From an uncultured Clostridia bacterium (GTDB taxonomy: Bacteria > Bacillota > Clostridia > Christensenellales > Aristaeellaceae), in NCBI GenBank assembly GCA_934630705.1, contig CAKTWP010000002.1:100195-164194 (forward strand): a stretch of DNA of 64,000 nt, in the 5' to 3' direction. The notes beneath the pieces were generated by a model. That model saw only the letters and a list, made by a program, of their open reading frames with translations, searched no databases and was not told the DNA's origin. How positions within the stretch are numbered: the first letter of the stretch is position 1; each line of letters begins with the position of its first letter. Both the position numbers and the translations under genes were made by a program. Positions 34,988-43,761 of the stretch are shown one piece after another.

Positions 34988-37624
34988 TTAGTTCTTCTTG
35001 GCCTTGATGGCAGCCTGGGCGGCGCTCAGACGAGCGATCGGCACCCGGAAGGGGCTGCAGGAAACATAGTTCAAGCCAATCTTGTTGCAGAACTCGATGG
35101 AGGACGGATCGCCGCCATGCTCGCCGCAGATGCCGCAATGCAGCTTGGGATTGGCAGCCTTGCCCAGCTTCACAGCCATTTCCATCAGCTTGCCCACGCC
35201 CACGGTATCCAGCCGGGCGAAGGGATCGGACTCATAGATCTTGTTGGCATAATACGCGGGCAGGAACTTGCCGGCGTCGTCGCGGCTGAAGCCGAAGGTC
35301 ATCTGGGTGAGGTCGTTGGTGCCGAAGCAGAAGAAGTCGGCTTCCTTGGCGATCTCATCGGCGGTCAGCGCGGCGCGGGGGATTTCGATCATGGTGCCCA
35401 CTTCGTAGCTCAGCTTTTCATTGGAAGCGGCGATGAGCTCATCGGCGGTCTTGGTGACGATGTTCTTCACGAACTTGTATTCCTTCACTTCGCCCACCAG
35501 CGGGATCATAATTTCGGGAACCACATTCCATTCGGGATGACGGCCCTTCACAGCCAGCGCGGCCTTGATGATGGCGCGGGTCTGCATGGCGGCGATTTCA
35601 GGATAGGTGACGGTGAGACGGCAGCCGCGATGACCCATCATGGGGTTGAACTCATGGAGGTCCGCGATGACCTGCTTGATGTAAGCCACGGTCTTGCCCT
35701 GGGTCTTGGCCAGCGCTTCGATATCGGCTTCGTCGGTGGGCACGAACTCATGGAGCGGGGGATCCAGGAAGCGGATGGTGACAGGATAGCCGGCCAGCGC
35801 TTCGAACAGGCCCTCGAAGTCCGCCTGCTGCATGGGCTCAATCTTGGCCAGGGCAGCTTCGCGTTCTTCCACGGTTTCAGAGCAGATCATTTCCCGGAAC
35901 GCGCCGATACGGGCGGGATCGAAGAACATATGCTCGGTGCGGCACAGGCCGATGCCGGTGGCGCCGAAGGCGGCCGCCTGCTTGGCGTCCTTGGGGGTGT
36001 CGGCATTGGTGCGCACGCCCATGGTCTTATACTTGTCGGCCAGATCCATAATACGGCCGAAGTAACCGCTGTTGGGGTCGGCGGGCACGGTGGGGATCAG
36101 CTCGCCGTAGATGTTGCCGGTGGAGCCGTCCAGGGACAGGTTATCGCCCTCGTGATAGACCTTGCCGGCCAGGGTGAAGCACTTGTTTTCTTCATCCATT
36201 TTAATGTCGCCGCAGCCGGAGACGCAGCAGGTGCCCATGCCGCGGGCAACCACGGCCGCGTGGCTGGTCTGGCCGCCGCGCACGGTGAGGATGCCCTGGG
36301 AGAACTTCATGCCCTCAATGTCCTCGGGGCTGGTTTCCAGTCGCACCAGCACAACCTTTTCACCCTTCTTGCCATGCTCCACAGCGTCTTCCGCAGTGAA
36401 CACGATATGGCCGGCGGCGGCGCCGGGGGAAGCGGCAATGCCCTTGCCCACGGGAACGGCCTTCTTCAGGGCGGCGGGGTCAAAGGTGGGATGGAGCAGC
36501 ATGTCCAGAGATTTGGCGTCGATCTGCATCAGCGCTTCTTCTTCGGTGATCATGCCTTCGTCGATCAGATCGCAGGCGATCTTGATGGCGGCGGCGGCGG
36601 TGCGCTTGCCGTTACGGGTCTGCAGCATATAGAGCTTCTCGTTTTCCACGGTGAACTCCATGTCCTGCATGTCATGATAATGGTTTTCCAGGATCCTGCA
36701 CACTTCCTGGAACTGCTTATACACGTCGGGGAAGATTTCCGCCATTTTGGCGATGGGCATGGGGGTACGCACGCCGGCCACCACGTCTTCGCCCTGGGCA
36801 TTGGTGAGGAATTCGCCCATCAGGCCCTTTTCGCCGGTGGCGGGGTTGCGGGTGAAAGCCACGCCGGTGCCGCAGTTGTCGCCCATGTTGCCAAAGGCCA
36901 TCATCTGCACGTTCACGGCCGTGCCCCAGGAATAGGGGATGTCGTGGTCCATACGATAGATATTGGCACGGGGATTATCCCAGGACCGGAACACGGCCTT
37001 GATGGCTTCGAAGAGCTGCTCCTTGGGATCGTTGGGGAAATCCTTGCCCAGCTGCTTTTTGTATTCGGCCTTGAATTGATTGGCCAGGGCCTTGAGGTCG
37101 TCGGCGTCCAGCTCCACGTCCTGGGTCACGCCCTTGCGTTCCTTCATTTCGTCGATAAGCTTTTCAAAGTACTTCTTGCCAACTTCCATCACCACGTCAG
37201 AGAACATCTGGATGAAGCGGCGATAGCAGTCCCACGCCCAGCGGGGATTGCCGGACTTGGCGGCGATGACGTTGACCACGTCCTCGTTCAGGCCCAGGTT
37301 CAGGATGGTATCCATCATGCCGGGCATGGAAGCGCGGGCGCCGGAGCGCACGGACACCAGCAGGGGATTTTCCATATCGCCGAACTTCTTGCCGGTGATC
37401 TGCTCCATCTTGCCGATGTATTCCATGATCTGGCCCTGGATTTCGTCGTTGATGCGGCGGCCGTCCTCATAATACTGGGTGCAGGCTTCGGTGGAGATGG
37501 TGAAGCCCTGGGGAACGGGCAGGCCGATATTGGTCATTTCGGCCAGGTTCGCGCCCTTGCCGCCCAGCAGCTCGCGCATGTTGGCGTTGCCTTCGGTGAA
37601 GAGGTACACATACTTTTTCGCCAT
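34988..37624 (-). CDS. ppdK: Pyruvate, phosphate dikinase
   Basis: 878 aa. MAKKYVYLFTEGNANMRELLGGKGANLAEMTNIGLPVPQGFT. Phospho-His domain GGQTSHAAVVARGMG. PEP-utilising C-terminal domain. RBS aaaggag. Confidence 0.9.
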   Translation of the reverse strand: MAKKYVYLFTEGNANMRELLGGKGANLAEMTNIGLPVPQGFTISTEACTQYYEDGRRINDEIQGQIMEYIGKMEQITGKKFGDMENPLLVSVRSGARASMPGMMDTILNLGLNEDVVNVIAAKSGNPRWAWDCYRRFIQMFSDVVMEVGKKYFEKLIDEMKERKGVTQDVELDADDLKALANQFKAEYKKQLGKDFPNDPKEQLFEAIKAVFRSWDNPRANIYRMDHDIPYSWGTAVNVQMMAFGNMGDNCGTGVAFTRNPATGEKGLMGEFLTNAQGEDVVAGVRTPMPIAKMAEIFPDVYKQFQEVCRILENHYHDMQDMEFTVENEKLYMLQTRNGKRTAAAAIKIACDLIDEGMITEEEALMQIDAKSLDMLLHPTFDPAALKKAVPVGKGIAASPGAAAGHIVFTAEDAVEHGKKGEKVVLVRLETSPEDIEGMKFSQGILTVRGGQTSHAAVVARGMGTCCVSGCGDIKMDEENKCFTLAGKVYHEGDNLSLDGSTGNIYGELIPTVPADPNSGYFGRIMDLADKYKTMGVRTNADTPKDAKQAAAFGATGIGLCRTEHMFFDPARIGAFREMICSETVEEREAALAKIEPMQQADFEGLFEALAGYPVTIRFLDPPLHEFVPTDEADIEALAKTQGKTVAYIKQVIADLHEFNPMMGHRGCRLTVTYPEIAAMQTRAIIKAALAVKGRHPEWNVVPEIMIPLVGEVKEYKFVKNIVTKTADELIAASNEKLSYEVGTMIEIPRAALTADEIAKEADFFCFGTNDLTQMTFGFSRDDAGKFLPAYYANKIYESDPFARLDTVGVGKLMEMAVKLGKAANPKLHCGICGEHGGDPSSIEFCNKIGLNYVSCSPFRVPIARLSAAQAAIKAKKN

Positions 37625-37867
37625 TGAATATTTGCTCCTTTCGGAATTGAATTGACAAATTTGCGGAGAGGGAATGGGACGGACAAAAAAGCCCCTTCCC
37701 GTGCTCATTGGTTGATTATACTATGTTTTTCCCGTCTTGGCAAGGGCTGGAACGGTAAAAACATCCTGCATTTTCGCCTTTTAGGGCAAAAAATCAACCG
37801 GCGGGGAAAATCTGTCCCGCCTGGCAGCCCAAATTGCGGCAGAAACGGGCCTTTATGAATTCAATGC

Positions 37868-37896
37868 TTGCATCCCGGGCCAAAATACCTTATACT
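37868..37896 (+). promoter_or_regulatory. Sigma-70 promoter (TTGCAT-17-TATACT) of asp23-yloV
   Basis: Hexamers with 17-nt spacing; a hairpin tgaccttcgggtca sits in the leader. Confidence 0.45.
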
Positions 37897-37945
37897 ATAA
37901 AGTGACCTTCGGGTCAGGAACGGCGTAAGGAGGTTCCGAAGAAAA

Positions 37946-38296
37946 ATGGAATGCAAGATCAAGAATGACATCGGCACGATCTATATTTCAGAGGACGTGA
38001 TGCTCAAGGTTGTGGGATACGCCGCGCTGGAATGCTATGGGATCGTGGCCATGTCCTCCAAGCGCGCCAAGGACGGTCTGGTGGAATGGCTGGGCCGGGA
38101 AAACCTGAGCAAGGGCGTGCAGGTTAAGATGGTGGACGATCAGCTGGATGTGGATCTGTTCATCGTGGTAGAATACGGCATTTCCGTGGCCGAGGTATGC
38201 AAGACCATCGTGGAGGTTGTGCGCTACAAGCTGGAAAGCATGACGGGGGTTAAGGTTCGCTCCGTCAACATTTCTGTGGAAGGAATCCGGGTGTGA
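37946..38296 (+). CDS. Asp23/Gls24 (DUF322) family envelope stress protein, YloU-like
   Basis: 116 aa. Typical Asp23 sequence YISEDVMLKVVGYAALECYGIV...VAEVCKTIVEVVRYKLESMTGVKV. Confidence 0.75.
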   Translation: MECKIKNDIGTIYISEDVMLKVVGYAALECYGIVAMSSKRAKDGLVEWLGRENLSKGVQVKMVDDQLDVDLFIVVEYGISVAEVCKTIVEVVRYKLESMTGVKVRSVNISVEGIRV

Positions 38297-38329
38297 TTTT
38301 TTCCGCGCAGTGAACGGAGGGAAAAACCT

Positions 38330-39976
38330 TTGATTCAAGTACAGGCAATTGACGGGCTGCTGCTGCGGGAAATGGTGCTTTCCGGGGCGGCGCTGCTGGA
38401 GAAAAACCGGGAGGCGGTGGACGCGCTGAACGTGTTCCCTGTGCCGGATGGGGATACGGGCACCAACATGTCTCTGACCATGGCCAGCGCCACCCGGGAA
38501 GTCAATCAGAAGGAATACGCCCGGGCGGATGAAGCGGCTGAAGCCCTGGCCAAGGGCGCGCTGCGGGGCGCCCGGGGCAACAGCGGCGTGATCACCAGCC
38601 AGCTGTATCGGGGCTTTGCCCGGGCAGTGGAAGGGCTGGAAAAGATTACGCCTGTGGACTTTGCAAATGCCCTGAAATCCGGGGCGGACACGGCGTACAA
38701 GGCCGTGATGAAGCCCAAGGAGGGCACGATTCTCACCGTGGCCCGGGTGATTGCGGAGGAAGCCATGCGCCAGGCCCAGGCGGCGCCCGATGATTTCGAT
38801 GCGCTGTTTACCACCATCCTCACCGCCGGCGAAGCCATCCTCAAGCGCACGCCGGAGATGCTGCCGGTGCTCAAACAGGCCGGCGTGGTGGACGCGGGCG
38901 GCAAGGGCCTGCTCACCATCTATACCGGCTATGCAGCCGCGTTGCGGGGCGAAACCATCGAAGCCCTGCCCGATACCGGCCATGCCGCCGCGCCCATGGC
39001 GTTCGAGGACGACCATGATTCCATTGAGGAAATCAAGTTCGCTTACTGCACCGAGTTCCTCATTCAGAATCTGCGCCCGGACGCCGCGGAGGCGGATATT
39101 GACACCTTCCGCCGCCAGCTCAATCGCATTGGCGACTGCGTGCTGGTGGTAGGCGATCTGGCGCTGGTGAAGGTGCATGTGCACACCAACGATCCCGGCA
39201 AGGCGCTGCAATACGGCCTGTCGCTGGGCGAGCTGGTGAACCTGAAAATTGAGAACATGGTGGAGCAGCGCCGGGAAAACATCCGCCGCAAGGAGGCCCA
39301 GGCCAAAAAGGAGCCGCCCAAGCCCTACGGCATGGTCAGCGTTTCTCTGGGCGATGGGTTCAGCAAGATTCTGCGGGATCTGCAGGTGGACTGCGTGGTG
39401 GAGGGCGGCCAGACCATGAACCCCTCCATCGAGGATCTGCAAAAGGCCATTGATTCGGTAAACGCCGAAACGGTGTTTGTGTTCCCCAACAACGGGAATA
39501 TCATTCTCGCGGCCCAGCAGGCGGCGGAATTGTCCGAAAAGAACGTGATCGTGGTGCCCACCAAGAATGTGGCCATGGGCATTGCGGCCGCCGTGGCGTT
39601 CCAGCCTGATCTGTCCGCGGCGGAGAACGCAGAGCGGATGGAGGAAGCAGCTCAGCGTGTGCGCACCGGCACCATTACCTATGCCGTGCGGGACAGCGAA
39701 TTTGAGGGTATGCACATCTCCGAGGGCGACATCATCGGCCTGCATAACGGCAAGGTGGAGTTCAAGGCGGATACGCCCCGGGACGTGGCCGTGGAAATGA
39801 TGCGCCAGATCGTCACCGAGGATGACGGCCTGATTACCATCTATTATGGCGCGGACACCAAGGAAGAGGACGCGGAGGCACTGGGCGCCGAGTTTGAGGA
39901 AATGTTCCCCGACTGCGATGTGGAGGTTCATTCCGGCGGCCAGCCGCTGTATTACTACCTGATTTCTGTGGAGTAA
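38330..39976 (+). CDS. DAK2-domain fusion protein YloV
   Basis: 548 aa. The N-terminal DhaL-like domain is PDGDTGTNMSLTMASA...ALRGARGNSGVITSQL. Conserved Asp23-YloV gene pair. Confidence 0.75.
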   Translation: MIQVQAIDGLLLREMVLSGAALLEKNREAVDALNVFPVPDGDTGTNMSLTMASATREVNQKEYARADEAAEALAKGALRGARGNSGVITSQLYRGFARAVEGLEKITPVDFANALKSGADTAYKAVMKPKEGTILTVARVIAEEAMRQAQAAPDDFDALFTTILTAGEAILKRTPEMLPVLKQAGVVDAGGKGLLTIYTGYAAALRGETIEALPDTGHAAAPMAFEDDHDSIEEIKFAYCTEFLIQNLRPDAAEADIDTFRRQLNRIGDCVLVVGDLALVKVHVHTNDPGKALQYGLSLGELVNLKIENMVEQRRENIRRKEAQAKKEPPKPYGMVSVSLGDGFSKILRDLQVDCVVEGGQTMNPSIEDLQKAIDSVNAETVFVFPNNGNIILAAQQAAELSEKNVIVVPTKNVAMGIAAAVAFQPDLSAAENAERMEEAAQRVRTGTITYAVRDSEFEGMHISEGDIIGLHNGKVEFKADTPRDVAVEMMRQIVTEDDGLITIYYGADTKEEDAEALGAEFEEMFPDCDVEVHSGGQPLYYYLISVE

Positions 39977-39987
39977 ATCGCATAAGG

Positions 39988-40221
39988 TGCGGGGGAAGCG
40001 CTTTTGCTTCAAAAGCAGCTCCTCCGCGCCCCCTCCGAAAACCGGTTGGGATATAAAAAGGATTGCGTTAATCAGCGGTGTGCCCCAGCTTGGAAAAGGA
40101 ACCATTTCCTCAACCAGCTGGGGCACATGTGCGATTAAGCAAGGACTGCTGAATCCCTGCCGGCTTTCTTGGGGTAACGCGGGAAGGGGAACTTTTCCCC
40201 GGGAAAGAATCCCCCTCCCGC
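39988..40221 (+). repeat. Composite structured repeat, copy 3 (diverged)
   Basis: gggggaagcgcttttgcttcaaaagcagc...gggatataaaaagga...gtgtgccccagcttgg[loop]ccagctggggcacatg...cgattaagc...ccggctttcttgggg...gcgggaaggggaacttttccccgggaaagaatccccctcccgc. Arm substitutions relative to copies 1 and 2 are compensatory. Confidence 0.55.
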
Positions 40222-40252
40222 TTTCATCTTTGTCTCAGCTGAGGAGGTACCT

Positions 40253-42403
40253 ATGGATTTTGTAACGGTTCTGGCCCAGGAGTTTCACCTGCGGCCGCAG
40301 CAGGTGCAGGCAGTGATCGATCTGTTGGACGCGGGGAACACCATCCCCTTCATCGCCCGCTATCGCAAGGAAGCCCACGGCTCTTTGGATGATCAGGTGC
40401 TGCGGGAGATTGCCGAGCGGCTGGAATACCTGCGGGGCCTGGAAAAGCGCCGGGAGGAAATCCGCAAGGCGCTGACCGAGCAGGAACAGCTGACCGACGA
40501 GCTGGCGTCCCGGCTTTCCGCCGCCGCCACCCTGGCTGAGCTGGAGGATCTGTATCGTCCCTTCCGGCCCAAGCGCCGCACCCGCGCCACCGTGGCCAAG
40601 GAAAAGGGGCTGGAGCCGCTGGCCCTGTGGCTGCTGATGCAGCTGCCCAGGGGCGATGCGCTGGCGGAAGCGGAAAAGTATGTCAGTGCCGAAAAGGGCG
40701 TGGAAAATGCGGAGGATGCGCTTCAGGGCGCGCGGGACATCATTGCCGAATCCGTCAGCGATGACGCGGCCCTGCGCAAGGAGCTGCGGGCGCTGCTGCT
40801 GCGGGAGGGCGTGATTGAAACCCGCGGCGCCAAAGACGAGGACAGCGTCTATCGCATGTATTATGAATACAGCGAACCGGTGCCCCGGATGGCCGCGCAT
40901 CGGGTGCTGGCCATCAATCGCGGCGAACGGGAGGAATTTCTGAAGGTGACGCTGAAAGCACCGGAGGAAAAGGCGCTGTTTACGGTGAAGCAGGCCTTCG
41001 TCCGTCCTGGCAGCCAGGGCGCAGAGCAGGTGGCCCTGGCCTGCGAGGACGCATGGGAGCGGCTGCTGTTTCCCTCGCTGGAACGGGAAATCCGCAGCGA
41101 GCTTACCGACCGGGCCAATACCGCCGCCATCCGTGTGTTTTCTCAAAACCTGCATCAGCTGCTGATGCAGCCGCCCATTCATGGCAAGGTGACGCTGGGG
41201 GTGGATCCTGGCTTCCGCACGGGCTGCAAGCTGGCGGTGGTGGATGAAAACGGGAAGGTGCTGGAAACGGGCGTGGGGCATTTCACCCTGCCGGGCCAGA
41301 GCTTTCAGAAGGAGCAATCCGCCAGGCTGATCAAGCGCATGGTGCGGGAACACGGCGTGACCGCCATCGCCATTGGCAATGGCACCGCCTCCCGGGAAAG
41401 CGAGCAGTTTATCGCCTCGCTGCTGCCCGAGCTGCCGGGGGTGGCCTATGTGATTGTCAGCGAGGCGGGCGCATCGGTGTATTCGGCCAGCAAGCTGGCG
41501 GCCCAGGAATTCCCGGAATATGATGTGTCTCTGCGCAGCGCGGTGTCCATCGCCCGGCGCATGCAGGATCCGCTGGCCGAGCTGGTGAAGATCGATCCCA
41601 AGGCCATCGGCGTGGGCCAGTATCAGCATGATTTGAAGCAGAACGAGCTGACGGACGCGCTGGATGGGGTGGTGGAGCAATGCGTGAACGGCGTGGGCGT
41701 GGAGGTGAGCACCGCGTCGGCGGAGCTTTTGTCCCATGTGGCGGGCATCGGCCCGGCGCTGGCGAAAAACATCGTGGCCTATCGGGAGGAAAACGGCATC
41801 CCGTCTCGGGCGGCGCTGAAAAAGGTGCCCAAGCTGGGGCCCCGGGCCTATGAGCAGTGCGCGGGCTTTTTGCGGGTGGCGGGCAGCAAGAACCCGCTGG
41901 ACGCCACCGCCGTGCATCCCGAAAGCTATGACGCGGCCAAGGCGCTGCTGGGCGCGCTGGGCTATGAACTGCAGGATGTGAAAAACGGCGGCGTGCCCGG
42001 CATGGGGGAGCGGGCGGCGGCCTATGGGCTGGAAAAGCTCAGCGGCGAGCTGGGCCTTGGCCTGCCCACCCTCAAGGACATGCTGGCCGAGCTGCAAAAG
42101 CCCGGCCGGGATCCCCGGGAGGATCTGCCCAAGCCGGTGCTGCGCACGGACGTGCTGGACATCAAGGATTTGCAGCCGGGAATGGAGCTTACCGGCACGG
42201 TGCGCAACGTGATCGATTTCGGCGCATTTGTGGACATCGGCGTGCATCAGGACGGGCTGGTGCATATTTCCCGCATGGCGGATAAGTTTATCCGCCACCC
42301 CTCTGAGATCGTGAAGGTGGGGGACGTGGTGAAGGTCTGGGTGGTGGATGTGGATGAAAAGAAAAAGCGCATCGCCCTGACCATGGTGAAGGATCGGAAA
42401 TAA
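40253..42403 (+). CDS. tex: Tex-like transcription accessory protein (YqgF/RuvC-like, HhH and C-terminal S1 domains)
   Basis: 716 aa. N-terminal IIDLLDAGNTIPFIARYRKE. C-terminal S1 domain GMELTGTVRNVIDFGAFVDIGVHQDGLVHISRMADKFIRHPSEIVKVGDVVKVWVVDVD. Confidence 0.85.
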   Translation: MDFVTVLAQEFHLRPQQVQAVIDLLDAGNTIPFIARYRKEAHGSLDDQVLREIAERLEYLRGLEKRREEIRKALTEQEQLTDELASRLSAAATLAELEDLYRPFRPKRRTRATVAKEKGLEPLALWLLMQLPRGDALAEAEKYVSAEKGVENAEDALQGARDIIAESVSDDAALRKELRALLLREGVIETRGAKDEDSVYRMYYEYSEPVPRMAAHRVLAINRGEREEFLKVTLKAPEEKALFTVKQAFVRPGSQGAEQVALACEDAWERLLFPSLEREIRSELTDRANTAAIRVFSQNLHQLLMQPPIHGKVTLGVDPGFRTGCKLAVVDENGKVLETGVGHFTLPGQSFQKEQSARLIKRMVREHGVTAIAIGNGTASRESEQFIASLLPELPGVAYVIVSEAGASVYSASKLAAQEFPEYDVSLRSAVSIARRMQDPLAELVKIDPKAIGVGQYQHDLKQNELTDALDGVVEQCVNGVGVEVSTASAELLSHVAGIGPALAKNIVAYREENGIPSRAALKKVPKLGPRAYEQCAGFLRVAGSKNPLDATAVHPESYDAAKALLGALGYELQDVKNGGVPGMGERAAAYGLEKLSGELGLGLPTLKDMLAELQKPGRDPREDLPKPVLRTDVLDIKDLQPGMELTGTVRNVIDFGAFVDIGVHQDGLVHISRMADKFIRHPSEIVKVGDVVKVWVVDVDEKKKRIALTMVKDRK

Positions 42404-42471
42404 ATATCGCTTATCCGGCGGCGCGGCCAGGCTCAGGCTGCGCCCCGGATTTTTGAAAGGAAAGATGAGGC

Positions 42472-43536
42472 ATGGATTGGCGGGAGCATCCGGCGCTGCA
42501 GCGGCAGTTTGTGCTGGCGGAGGAAAATCTGCGGGCCATGGAGCTGTTTTCCGCGCTGCTCAATGAGCGGCCGGATTATTTCAGCGCTTCCGAGGTGGAA
42601 GCCTTTGCCCGGGATTGCGATTTGCCCCGGGATGTGGCCTTTGAAGCGCTGCTGGCCGCCGGATGCGGGCTGGAAAGCGATGTGAATCCCCGGCATCGGC
42701 GGCTGGAGGAACGGTATTTCGTGCCTGCCCTGCGGCGATTGGATGCGGCGGAATACCGCAAAAATCCCTATTACCAGACCATTCGCTTTCCTGAAAAAAC
42801 ACTGGGCGGCTGGCAGATGACCCATCAGCAATACAAGCCCTACGAGCTGTTTTGCTATAACGACACCGCCCTGCTCAAAGACGGCCGGGAAATTCCGCCC
42901 ATCGGCTATTTTACCGAGGAATTCTCTTTCCCGGCGGTGCTGGAAAAGGGCCGGCTCTGGATGGCGATTACCCCCAACGAAGTGGAAACCATGCAGGCAG
43001 ATATTGACGCGGCGTTTGGCCGCATCGCCGTGTTCGGGCTGGGTCTGGGATATTATCCCTTCATGACCGCCCGGATGGATCCGGTGACGGAGATTACCGT
43101 GGTGGAACGGGATCCCAATGCCATCGCGCTGTTTGAAAAGCATCTGCTGCCCCAGTTTCCCCACCGGGAGAAAATCCGTGTGGTGCAGGGGGATGCATAC
43201 GATTTTCTGGCCCGGGAGATGGGAAACGGGCGGTTTGACTTTGCGTATGTGGATATCTGGCACGATGTGCTGGACGGCACGCCCATGTATCTGCGCTGCA
43301 GGCAGCTGGAGCATCGGGCCGGCGGCATCCCCTTCCGCTATTGGGTGGAGCAGAGCATGCTGATCTGGTTGCGGGGGCTGGCGCTTTCCGAATTGCAGGC
43401 GGGAGCGGGCCAGCTGCATGATCTGCTGATGTGCAGGGCACAATCCCCGGAGGGCCTGCTTTCCCTGCTTTCGCTGGAGTCCCTTCATGCGCTGGCTCCG
43501 GAAATTCCACTGGAGGCTGTGGAACCCGACCGGTAA
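42472..43536 (+). CDS. Hypothetical protein with a C-terminal Rossmann-like (SAM-methyltransferase / spermidine-synthase-like) fold
   Basis: 354 aa. Motifs VFGLGLGYYPF...VVERDPNAIALFEK...VVQGDAYDFL...FDFAYVDIWHD. Confidence 0.4.
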   Translation: MDWREHPALQRQFVLAEENLRAMELFSALLNERPDYFSASEVEAFARDCDLPRDVAFEALLAAGCGLESDVNPRHRRLEERYFVPALRRLDAAEYRKNPYYQTIRFPEKTLGGWQMTHQQYKPYELFCYNDTALLKDGREIPPIGYFTEEFSFPAVLEKGRLWMAITPNEVETMQADIDAAFGRIAVFGLGLGYYPFMTARMDPVTEITVVERDPNAIALFEKHLLPQFPHREKIRVVQGDAYDFLAREMGNGRFDFAYVDIWHDVLDGTPMYLRCRQLEHRAGGIPFRYWVEQSMLIWLRGLALSELQAGAGQLHDLLMCRAQSPEGLLSLLSLESLHALAPEIPLEAVEPDR

Positions 43537-43586
43537 CAGCATTTTCCTTCTTTTCAAGGAAAGTTTTTATATGCTCTTCCAAAATG

Positions 43587-43605
43587 CGAACAAATGTGCT
43601 ATAAT
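43587..43605 (+). promoter_or_regulatory. Candidate LexA (Cheo-box-like) operator overlapping the uvrA extended -10 promoter
   Basis: CGAACAAATGTGC differs at one position from CGAACRNRYGTTCG. It is immediately followed by TGcTATAAT, ~155 nt upstream of the uvrA ATG. Confidence 0.45.
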
Positions 43606-43761
43606 CATTCCGCTTCCGGGCTCATGAGGCCCAGCGAAGCGAGTTGCGTTTTTTTATCATTTTCCTATACAGCGCTCTTGGAAGAGCGCGCGATGGGAAC
43701 CGCTCTTTGGCCGCCAGGGCACGGTTCCTCTCGTAAAAACTTCATCGTACCGGAGGTTCAG

